Assembly: GCA_002269645.1 (NCBI GenBank)
Contig: NIVC01000814.1
Location: 1 to 64,000, forward strand
Reading direction: 5' to 3'
From: Macrostomum lignano
Taxonomy: Eukaryota
DNA: 64,000 bases
The notes beneath the pieces are model-generated. The model was given only the letters and a program-made list of their open reading frames with translations. It had not been told where the DNA came from and ran no database searches. The position numbers were made by a program, and so were the translations under genes. Positions 1 to 13,747 of the stretch are shown here, in pieces. How positions within the stretch are numbered: the stretch's first letter is position 1; the number at the start of each line of letters is the position of its first letter.

Positions 1-28
1 AAAGTTTGACTGTTGTGGGCCGATGGAA

Positions 29-390
<362 letters not shown>

Positions 391-606
391 TATACTGAAG
401 CCAATGGCACAATCAATCAATATTTCTGACAGGCCAATCGGCCATCCCTGAGTCTGATTGGTTGGCATTGCCTACAAAAAATATGGACGCCAGACTGTCT
501 TTAACAACAATTCAATTTGCGATGAAGTCAATTGCAAATATACTCGTATTAGTAGCTGGTATACCAGAACACAAGATTTGTCGGGAGCAAGTCGAAACAA
601 AGCTAC

Positions 607-2854
<2,248 letters not shown>

Positions 2855-3884
2855 GGCTTAGCTACAAAAACTCGAATAGCCCGCTAAACAGCGCGCTCAA
2901 ATTCTGATATTTTCTTTGCCAATACAGCTTATTTACGACTGAAATGGGTAACAAAAAACTTTAAATACCAATTAATAAGTCATAAATATAGAATAATAAC
3001 TTTGGATCTGATATCAAAGAATAGCACTCGAAAACTTTCTGTCATTGTTACACCCCCCATTTGTGCTTGCCAGAAATAAAAGTTCAGTAAGTTTGTATGT
3101 TGTATGCATACACAATATGATTCAAAACAGTAGATAGTTAAATGCATATTGTAAAATTAAGTATGATCAGCTCACAACATAATTTTAGCGTCAAAAGATG
3201 CTCTAAAACTACACTAATAATACTTTAAACAAAGGGATAAAAGATAAGAAATTCATTCATTTGCTAAAATAGAGCGAAAATTAGATACTCATAACTTTTA
3301 ATCATTTTTTCTAGAAAAACTCAGAGTAAATTATGGCTCTAATGCTAAAATAATTCAGTTAGGTCCAGAGATTATTCGATGCTGATAATTTAAAAACAAC
3401 CTATTTAACAATTTAAACCTAATTTTTGCCAAGACAATTAACTGATTTCGTGAAGTGAATGAAGTTAAGAAAATAAGTCCATAAATCCTAGCTTAAAAGT
3501 TTGTTTGGTGTTATTAGCAAATCAATTATTCTGTAAATTTAAATTAATCTGTAATTGAAAGGCATATAAAAGAAGCATAACATGTACTTATACAAAAATT
3601 CCAGACGTATTCAACTTTCTTATAGTATAAATTTGTTAAAGCACACACAGTTTATGAATTTTCATTTTTCTTCGAAAGACAACTTTTCCACGACGACACG
3701 ACGACTATTCGTTTCGTACGGTAACGGTGCACCGTCTGCCAAAACGTAAAAAATGTGTCTCGTTGTTTTAGTATTCTAATTTGTTTTATGCCACCAAAGT
3801 TGTCGCAGGGGATGCTTATATGTCTTAATAAGTTTCTAGCTATTTCTTATAATATCATTTATTATATTTCTGAGTAGTCTTATT

Positions 3885-4027
3885 GTCTGGTAACGTCTAA
3901 TGTATTATTCTGGTAGCGTCTAATGTATTATTCTGGTGTAGCGTCTAATGTATTATTCTGGTATTGTCTAAATGTATTATTCTGGTATTGTCTAAATGTA
4001 TTATTCTGGTAGTGTCTAATGTATTAT
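3885..4027. repeat. Short minisatellite, ~23-25 bp unit, ~6 copies
   Basis: Repeated GTCTAATGTATTATTCTGGTA. Confidence 0.85.
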
Positions 4028-4429
4028 GGCCTGAGCAGTATTGCAATTGCAAGGTTTTAACTTGCCAAATTATTGTTTTGATTGCTTGTGAAATTGGTCA
4101 GTCTACATCTGTAGACTTATTATTATTAGACTACAGTCTACAGATGCTTTGCAAGTGGATTCTTATCAGTTTCAATGTAAACTGACTTGACACTTGACAA
4201 CCTTTCAAACTAGGCTTATAGTTTCATTCTAAGAATTTAGTATAGGGCCTATAGAATGATTAAAGATTTAGTATAGGTAAATAAGGATTGTTAACAGTAT
4301 AAATCTTTGTAGTTCCTGATTTTAGTATGAATGATTGAGAAGGTTTGATAATTGTAGTGATGCTAATGTATAATAATCCATTATACTAATAATAATAAGT
4401 ATATAAAAATGCAAACACACTAGTACTAG

Positions 4430-4511
4430 TGGATTTGCACAAGTACAAGTGTTGACTTAGCTGCAAGGCTGTCCCAGGGGACACAGCAGGAAGGCACGAA
4501 TGCCCATTCCG
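4430..4511 (-). mobile_element. 82-nt non-LTR retroelement 3'-end micro-insertion
   Basis: Flanked by direct repeat CTAGTACTAG (4420-4429 and 4512-4521). On the minus strand it shares CTAGCGGAATGGGCA and TG(C/T)AGCTAAGTCAA with the 3' UTR of the LINE fragment at 5064-5570. Confidence 0.6.
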
Positions 4512-4556
4512 CTAGTACTAGGGCCTAGTGTTGTATAGGCCCCTACTTATCACGGA

Positions 4557-6327
4557 GGTACAAGGCATTCCTTTGGTTTACAATCATTGAAATTAGTGAC
4601 GATCCCCATTGGAGAGATAGGAAAGATACAAAATTGTTGTTTATTTCATCAAAATGCAAAAAACAGTAGACAAGCACTCTAATTCTTTTTATTTATCCAT
4701 CAAAACACTAGCTGCATGTTCAAATGAAAAAAGAAGGTAAAGGGGTTTTAGTGATCCATTTCACAGTTCCAAGAATCCAAAGATGATCCTATATATCCAC
4801 TTTGGTTTACAATAATTTGAACGAAAGTAATATATGTAAATGATCGTGAACCGAAGCTAGTATATGTGTAAGAGCATTAGTACATAAATTCAATTTCCAA
4901 AAATGAATCCAAGAAGACAATCCTATATATCCACTTTGGTTTACAATCATTTAAATGGAAGAGATACATGTAAATGATCATGAACCAAAGCTAGCATATG
5001 TATATAATGGGGTTTTGGTATTTTACAAGCTCTATCTGAAATCAATCACTATCGCAATACATGTAGGCAATCCCGTGCTGCTGTCCCCTGCCCCTCTCCT
5101 CTCCTGCGTAGAGCCCTCCTCAGGCTCAACTGCAGAGACCTCAGAGCAGTTAGCATGGCCCTCTCCAGGCATGACTGCTTCTCTTGCCACCGTTTCCTTC
5201 AGGGCCAAGTACCCGAGGAGCGGTGCCCCTTCTGCCACTCAGGCAGTGAAAATGCTGAGCATTTTATCTGCCACTACCTGGTTTTCACCAGGGCCAGGCT
5301 TACTCACCTCGGGCCAAACCCGGTTCTCTCCAACGTTTGCAGGCCCGAGAGCATCCCGCTACTCGCCTGGTACCTCAGGGACACCAGACGAGCTGATTTC
5401 TTCCCCACCGTCGGTGAGGAGGACCGCACTGCAGGCGAGACTGATGGGTCTCCCTGAGCGACACCACTTCAACGGAAGTCGTTGGTTGCCAGGGGCTAGC
5501 GGAATGGGCAGTCTCCTCCGCCTCCTCGCTGCATTCGCCGGACGCCCCCTGTAGCTAAGTCAAAGTAAGTCAATACATGGCTAGCTTTGGTTCACGATCA
5601 TTTACATGTATTGCTTATATCAAAATGATTGTAAACCAAAGCTAAGGAGGGTGGCAGCATGCAGAGAATAATAAAGCATCAAGTTACTTGGGAATGAACA
5701 TTAACTTAAGCTGACATTTCAATCGCCAACAAGTCCCAGTTGAACAAATAAATATATGTGACTACATATGTCTTCAACACCCCCCCTCAGCTTTGGTATA
5801 CAATCATTTAAATGGAAGAAATATATGTAAATGATCGTTAACCAAAGCTAGCCATGTATTGAGATAGTGATCAATTTTAGATAGAGCTTGTAAAACACCA
5901 AAACCCCATTACACACATACGCTAGCTTTGGTTCACAATAATTTACATGTATCTCTTCCATTTAAATGATTGTAAACAGAAGTGGATATATAGGATCGTC
6001 TTCTTGGATTCATTTTTGGAAATTGAATTCATGCACTAATGCCCTTACACACACGCTAGCTTCGGTTCAAGATCATTTACATGTATTGCTTCCATTTAAA
6101 TGATCATAAACTGAAGTGGATATATAGGATCCTCGTCATCACCATGCCATGAAAGAAACCATTTGTCAGCTATTCCATTCAGTTTTTTCTAATGTAGCGA
6201 ATAAGCTCAGTTAACAATTTTTATTTATTTTAAGCAAGCTATGATCATTTATATGAAAAATTACTTGGGGATTGTGAACTGAAATGTGGGTGGAAAAATG
6301 ATCATAAACCAAAGGAATGCCAGGTAC
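4557..6327. repeat. Long imperfect inverted repeat (foldback-like), arms built from subrepeats
   Basis: 4783-5054 plus 5571-5655 is the reverse complement of ~5775-6131, e.g. 5571-5591 vs 5841-5861 is a perfect 21-bp match. Outer match 4557-4590 vs 6296-6327; central spacer ~120 bp. Confidence 0.8.
5064..5570 (+). mobile_element. 5'-truncated non-LTR retrotransposon (R1/LOA/I-group-like ORF2 C-terminus plus 3' UTR)
   Basis: Open frame CRQSRAAVP...[19 protein letters not shown]...[18 protein letters not shown]...ARLTHLG matches the C-terminal CCHC knuckle region of LINE ORF2, with the last Cys replaced by Tyr. TAAGTC-type tail; 9-bp TSD CAATACATG at 5055-5063 and 5571-5579. Confidence 0.85.
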
Positions 6328-6571
6328 AAAAGTTAAATAGAACCAAAAGTTCCATGGATTTTCAAAAGTTTCTGCATTAGGGCTAAAATCATAACATTCT
6401 AGGCAACTTCTATGAATCTTAGAAAATGAAAATTAGAAATACAAGAGCTCAAAAATAGGTTCTTTAAGGTTCCTTAAGAAAACTTTGCTTAGGAAACCTT
6501 GGCAAGCAAATTTTCTGCACACAAATTTTGGCAAGCAAAGTTTATGCAAGCAAACTTTGACAAGCTATCTA

Positions 6572-7922
6572 CTCCGGCTGTCCGGAAAGTCGTGAGAATG
6601 TATTTAAAAAATCAGTCAGAACTATCAGAAAACACGATAACAGCACTAGTTGGTAATGTAATCTCCCCTTGCATTGATTACAGCTTGGAAATGGTCAACG
6701 AGTCGCTGAACCTCTCTTTTCAAGCAATCTTCGTCAAGGCCTCTTGCCCATTGCAATGCAGCTTCTCGAACTTCATTGTGGTCGCTGAACACTCGCCTGG
6801 AGAGATCAGTCTTCATCCAACTGAACAAAAAAACGGTCGCACAGATTGAAGTCTGGGCTGTAAGGACTCTGAAACACCAGCTGAACTCCACGGGACTCCA
6901 TGTACTGCTGCACAGAACGGGCTACTTGAGGTTGCGCATTGTCCCACTGCCAAAGAACATCCGACAGGTGAATTGGCTTTGACCTCAGAGTACGCCATAG
7001 GTCTCCGGTGTGCCGAATGAACTCAACTATGCCATCTGCATCAACAGTTTGCTTTGGGGCTGTGGATTCAATGGAGAAGCGCTTGCTTGGAGTGAAAGCA
7101 ACTAGAAGCATTGTCTTTGCATTCCCGACTGAGTGCCTGACAACCTGGGGCCGATGATCCCCTTGGCCAAGCCAGCACCTGTTGTTTTGCTTTGTGCCAG
7201 TGTTTTTCAGGTACACCCACGTCTCATCCTCTACCACGTACTTGTCGCAAAAGTTTTCCATGCCCTCGTTGTAAAAGCCTGCGAATTTGCTTGGCACAAT
7301 TGATGCGAGCAGTCTTGTTCTCCTCGGATAGAGCATGCGGAACCCAGACAGCAGAAACTTTTCGAAGGTGCAAATCCTCAGTAAAAATTTCGTGCACTGT
7401 TGTTTTTCCAACTTCCAAAAAGTCAGCGAGGTCTCGGACACTAACTTTTGGATCCTCTTCAACAAGAGCTCGGCAGGTTTCGATCAGTTCCGCTATCCTT
7501 GTTGACCGTGGCCGGCCAGTCCGAGGAGCTGAGACCGGGGGAAATGCTTCGTCACGGAACTTTGAATACCATCTGTAAACCGTTGACTGACCTGATGCAG
7601 CATCTCTATAAACTTTAAGCAGCTCGTCATGGCAGCTGAGAGCGGAGATTCCAAGACGGTATCTAGCATAGGCATAACCCTGGAAGTCTTCCATTTTGAA
7701 GAACTCGCTGTCAAAATTTTCAAGCTTGATCATCGCGTTGCATTTGCTATTGAGCACTTTATACTGAGCTTGCCCCTGCCCCCAATTTTGCTACTAGAAT
7801 AACAAGAATTTTCACCATAGACATCTATGAGTCTATTATTGAAATTTTATGTGTGCCACATCAACAGCTTGCTGCTTTCTTGCTTAATTGACACATTCTC
7901 ACGACTTTCCGGACAGCCGAAG
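6572..7922 (-). mobile_element. Full-length mariner (DD34D) transposon, 1351 bp
   Basis: 30-bp TIRs CT(C/T)CGGCTGTCCGGAAAGTCGTGAGAATGT with 1 mismatch; TA TSD at 6570-6571 and 7923-7924; transposase inside. Confidence 0.95.
6646..7694 (-). pseudogene. Mariner transposase with two frameshifts (~348 aa if corrected)
   Basis: HTH (STVYRWYSKF), GRPR, WVPHAL, DETWVY, WDNA and YSPDFNLCD motifs, with 34 residues between the 2nd and 3rd Asp. Frameshifts are +1 nt in A-runs at 7273-7276 and 6827-6833. Confidence 0.9.
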
Positions 7923-8987
7923 TAGATACTTTTACCTACTTATTTACACTTATTTACTTTTACTAGTAAATACTTTTACCTATTACTGCAAAACAATAAA
8001 AATGTAAAAAATGATACCATAGTAGTTTGTTTGAAATGCAATTCAATGTTAAATACTTAGGATTTTTAGTTTATAGTATAAGTAGTTATATAGGTAGTAA
8101 TTATGCATATTGCCACTAAAATATATAAAAATATATAAAAACCCATCATTACAAAAAGTTGGTGCACAATGTGCTATTGTTACTGTGCTCATCATTTTTG
8201 CCATAAAAATGCTTTAGAATCATTAATAAATATGTCTACTGAAGTAACTGAACAGACTTTGTCAAACATAAATCATATTTTCATCTTTCAATAGTATACG
8301 AGTATTACATGTATTTTGGTAGAAAATTTAAACTGAAATATCTTTTTATGGCACATATCTACAAATGGTTTTTTGTATACTATTTGCTTAGTCAGTGTGT
8401 AACTAAAAACAATGTCAAAATATTTGCCAAAACTGAAACAATAAGTTTCTTATATATTACATTTTTATTTGAAGTTTAATGCAAGAAGGAATTTGGAATA
8501 GCTCATGTTAGGACAAAAGTTTTTAAAATGTCATTTTTATTGCATATTTCAATAACTATAGGCTAGTTTTTGTTTAGACTTTCTTATAAAATTTAGTATT
8601 TTCTTATTTTTTAAATTTTTGTCAACCTATTTTTTGGTAAAAAATGTATAAAAATGGAAAATTATAGAAATTTAGTATTTTCCTATAATATTTTTAATTT
8701 TTGTAAACCTATTTTTTTGGTAAAAAATGTATAAAAATTGAAAATCATAAAAATGGTCAACTTTGTATATATTGTACCATTAGGGATATATCTCTATTTA
8801 AAAGAAAGGAGATTATGAGCATTTTCATTAGAACGACATGTTTCACCTAACTTTAGGCATCATCGGGCAGATTGGAATTTATTTAATTTAAGTCAAAACA
8901 TAGAGTATAAATACATTTCAGTGGCAGATAGTCAGTGATACACAAAATTGTAATAACAAAACACGGGGGGAGTCAACAGATCAAAAC

Positions 8988-9097
<110 letters not shown>

Positions 9098-9920
9098 GGG
9101 TAGTGGGGATACATTATCAAGCATGCTGTTTTACCAGAATCTCTATTTAAAGATAATTTGTCTATTTTCTAGTGTGTATTTATAATTTTCTTCAAAAATT
9201 AGTTTTAGAAGAGTTTATATTTATACTATGAGAAGTATTGGTCCTATTTTCAAAAAAATTTTTTGGGTTAGCCCAACTTTTGTAAAGCTCATTGGACAGC
9301 CTAATATTATTAGCATCCCCTTTGCGCTTATTATATCAAAGCTTCTTTAACTTTAAGTCATAGATTAACCCTCTAACTTACTCTTCATTTAATACTTGGT
9401 TTACCTACAACTTCTAATTGACCTTTGACATCTTAGCAAGCCCTTGACCTTGAGTCTTGACATTTTATGATACCATTTGTTGCAAAAATGCAATAGATTA
9501 GATAGGTATCTATAAAAAAATATTGGTTTTAACTTACAAAAAAATTAAGATTTGCTTAATTATTTATTGATATATCTATATATTATTAAATAACTAAGTT
9601 TAAACCTATAAAAATGTAAAAAAATAATTTGACCTTAAGTTAAACTATTAAATTAAGTAGCTCTTTTAACTTTTAAATTCTATCTTTTTAATTTCAGCAA
9701 CCTATAATTACAAATAAACAACTTGCAAAAGTCAGATACTTTTGCTAACAGGCTTAATAGCAAATAGCAAGCTTTAAACACTAACCAGGCACTTGACACA
9801 ATAGCAAACTATATAGAAAACTTTGCTTAGGCCAAGTTTGCCTGTCCTTGGCCACACTTGTAGCAGCAGTAGTAAGCATTGTGTTTCTTCCAGTTGTCTG
9901 GTTATCAATTAATAGTAGCA

Positions 9921-12900
9921 ATGGATAGAAACAAAAAATATCAGTCTACAGCATTTGCTATTGCTAATACTAGCTATATTGGGCATTGGTGGTGGCTAGG
10001 CAAACTTGTTGCCAATCTGTTTGGTTATGCCACTGTTCTGCTTGCTATCTATTTTGCTGTTCAGTTTTGGAAGCAATATTGCAACAGTCAGCATGATGGC
10101 AATAGTAATAAGGTTTGTTTTAATTGAACTGCAATTTTTATCTTTAATAATTTAGTTTTAATTTTAATTGACTGCACTAGTTATCTTAAATCCTTATGTA
10201 TAGGCTAATTTGCATAGCACTGGGGTCACCATTCTTGCTCTACCTTTACTGCAAGCTTAGATCCACAATTTTTAGGCTTCAGTCTTGCCCTGTTGAAAAT
10301 GTTATCATGACTGGAATCACTAAAGAGTCATTGCAAATACCTCACTAGTGATTCTAGTGACTCTTGTGATTTTTAATGATTCAAAATACTGCAATGTAAC
10401 AGAGAGGAATCTGTTAAGTCACATGTGCATCACTTGAGTTGAGTTGCAAAATCTTAAAATTGCAGTGTGATGTGACTATAGGATGCTTAATGGCCTAGGT
10501 AACATTTTCATTAGGTGCAGTGCATTTGGAATCCTTGATCCAGTCAGGATGCTTAATTCAAAACCTGGATACCCGCTGGAATCAGTGGAAAAATAAAAAA
10601 TAAAATAAAATGCCAACCAACATCTTGCAGTTGGGTTGTTGGGAAAGTTTCCAGACTAAGTTTACCATGAACAAAATGAATTTTCCAAAAAAAGCTCTAA
10701 TTTTTTTTCCTAAAATCTTGCACAGCTGCTGTTACTCATAAATGGGGGTACAAGTGAAAATGCAAGCAATTTGACATGCTGAACAAAGCAAGCCAGAATA
10801 AAGTGCCATTGGCTCTCCTTTTAATCCCATAGTCCAAAGGATTTTTTGTTGATGGATTGCTTCGTTTGAGTGACTGAAAAATCAGCAGCTTAAAAGTGCA
10901 AGTTGCTCTGTCTCACCCAAACTTAATTAGGTCGACTTTTTGTTATTTTTTTATATTCAATCAGCAAGTTCTCTGTGGTCAATATTTTCAAATCGTTACA
11001 TAAAAACTCATGCATACATTCACCATTTAACAGAACAGCTGTTCAAGAAGTTTTGGCACAAATTTCAGCTCATTTGTACATTTGGACATTGCTGTCGTTC
11101 ACAGTAAACACAGTCTGGAAACTTTTGTTTGCTTTTTACTTCGATTTCAACACCCTCATACTTTAAGTACAAACAATTTACTTCCAGTTTAGGTTCATAT
11201 ATAGTCGCTCCAGTTTTGATTTGATCATTTCAAATTTAAGCTTCATTTTTATGCAGCTTCAACCCCAATCCAGGTAGCATGGAGAAGGGGGGTTTTAGGA
11301 TGGGGAGATTCTTCATGAGAGTGAATTTTGGTACCAGTTTTGATCAGATCATAACTTAGGTTAAATAAATAAACATAAGTTTCCAATACACTAGTTGAAA
11401 TATTTAAATAAATTAAATAATTTTTGTCAGACTGTTCAACCCGGATCAGCTGAAGCTAAAGGGCCTACAAAAGAATCTGCAGCAGTGGAAAATTCTCCCA
11501 ATTCGGTATCTAACATCTGTCGTTTAGTCGGCTGTTTTCTCGGCTTGCAAGCGGCCTATTTAACTTGGGGGGTGCTGCAGGAACAGGTAATGACCACGGT
11601 TTATCATGCTGGCGATGGAACAGCTGGTGCTGGCGAAAAATTCACCGATTCACAGTTTCTCGTATTCACTAATCGATTATTGGCTGGCTGCGTTGCTACC
11701 TGCCTACTGGTTGCTTGTCGGCTTGCTCAAGGAGACAACAGCAGCACGTCTGCAGTTGAAACCGAAGCCTCAGTGCTGGATTATGCCTATTGCTCATTGT
11801 CTAATGTGCTAAGCGCCTGGTGCCAATATGAAGCTCTGCTATTTGTCAGCTTTCCAACTCAGGTGCTGGCCAAGGCTTGCAAAATTGTGCCAGTAATGCT
11901 AATGGGCAAGCTGGTGTCGCGTAGGACCTACAGGCTGGACGAATACGGAACGGCGGTGCTTATCAGTGCCGGTAGGGATAAGTCAATATTTTTATTTTTA
12001 CTATTGTCAAGTAAGAGCTTTTCGGATCTAGCTAATCCTGTACAATCTAAATTTAAAAGCAATTGTAGTGGTTTATTAAGAATCGTCTCTATTCTAAGAT
12101 GATTATTCTAAGAATCTCCCTTCATCGTTTTAGTAATCTCCCTTTCAATATTCTTAAGAATTGCCTCTCGAGATTCTAGGAATCGCCATCGCGTTCACCA
12201 TTCTTAAGAATAATCATATTTCACCATTCTAAGATCGCCTCTCACAATTCTAGGAATCGCCCCTTTCACAATTCTAAGAATCGCCCTAGATTTCAACATA
12301 TTAGGAACTACCCTAGCCTTCACCATTCTAAGAATCACCCCTTTCACAATTCTAAGAATCGCCCTAGCTTTCACCATTCTAAGAATCACCACTTTCACAA
12401 TTCTAACAATCGTCCTAGCTTTCACAGTTCTAAGAGCCACCACTTTCACAATTCTAAGAATCGCCACTTTCACAATTCTAAGAATCGCCCTAGCTTTCAC
12501 CATTCTAAGAATCGCCCTAGCTTTCACAATTCTAAGAATCGCCACTTTCACAATTCTAAGAATCGCCACTTTCACAATTCTAAGAATTTCCCTTTCACAA
12601 TTTTAAGAATCCCCACTTTCAAAATTTTAAGAATTGCCACTTTCACAATTCTAAGAATTTCCCTTTCACAATTTTAAGAATCCCCACTTTCAAAATTTTA
12701 AGAATTGCCCTTTCCCAATTCTAAGAATCGCCACTTTCACAATTCTAAAAATTGCCCTTTCACAATTCTAAGAATCACACTAGCTTTCGCCATTCTAAGA
12801 ATCGCCCTAGACTTCGCCATTCTAAGAATCGCCACTTCATCTTTTTAAGCAATCGCCCTACAGTAAACTTCAATAATATTGTGGTTGCATCTGATTTACG

Positions 12901-13747
12901 TTATCTGTCAATCTACATTTCTCAGGCACTAGCATATTTCTACTGTCGTCCAGTTCGAAGTCCAGCGTCCGTCATCACCAAAGCGTCAGTGGCGACAGCT
13001 TAAGCGGTTCCGCCCTCCTGGCTGGCTACATGCTATTCGATTCGTTTACCAGCACCTGCAATACAATACAATACAATAAATACAATGGCCACCGGCCACA
13101 AGTGGTCAGGAAAGGGGGGGACATTGTCAAAAAGCAAAAACCAGCACCTGGCAGAGTAGATTATTTGTTAGGCACGGATTGACTCCGCTGCAACTCATGG
13201 CCGGCACTTCTCTGCTTTCGGCTGCTTTCACGGTGCGCGTTGTTGAGTTGTTTGTTCACAACCCCTCTGATTAATAATTAAACGCGATTTTCTCTGGGTA
13301 AAAGGCTGGAGTAGCTATACCCTAATTAGTTAGTTTAAATGCCTCGTCATCTTATAAGTAAATTATTGTTAGTACATTTCGTACTTTCAGGTGACAACTC
13401 AGTTGCAGCAGGGCACTCTACCGGCTGCGCTGGCCTTCGCCGCCAGGCATCCACGCTTCCTTGGCCACGTGACTCTGCTCTCGGTATGCTCCGCCGTCGG
13501 TCAATTGCTAATATTTTATACTATCGAACGATTCGGTCCAGTGACCTTCTCTGTAATCATGACGGTTAGGCAAGCGTTCGCCATTCTGCTGTCCTGTCTG
13601 CTATTCGGCCATCCGTTTGGCGGCGTCTGGGGCTGCTTGGGACTGGCCGGGGTCTTTCTGGCGCTGTTTCTTAGAATCTGCTTGTCCCAGAGGGCGAAGA
13701 AGCGCAGTCGAGAGGACGAGAGTAGGAGCGGGCTGGTTCCTGCTTGA
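9921..13747 (+). CDS. SLC35B2: PAPS transporter 1 (slalom/PAPST1); exon 3 interrupted by a frameshifting insertion
   Basis: Exons 9921-10112, 11431-11971, 12926-13232 and 13391-13747 with phase-consistent GT-AG junctions. Motifs [73 protein letters not shown] and [16 protein letters not shown] match SLC35B2. A 92-nt excess at 13059-13150 breaks the frame. Confidence 0.93.
12080..12840. repeat. Intronic minisatellite, ~24-bp unit (TTCACAATTCTAAGAATCGCCACT)
   Basis: Tandem array filling most of SLC35B2 intron 2. Confidence 0.92.
13059..13139 (-). mobile_element. 81-nt retroelement 3'-end insertion with (TATTG)n tail inside a coding exon
   Basis: 11-bp TSD ACCAGCACCTG at 13048-13058 and 13140-13150; CAATA repeats at one end. 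Removing it restores [13 protein letters not shown]. Confidence 0.88.
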
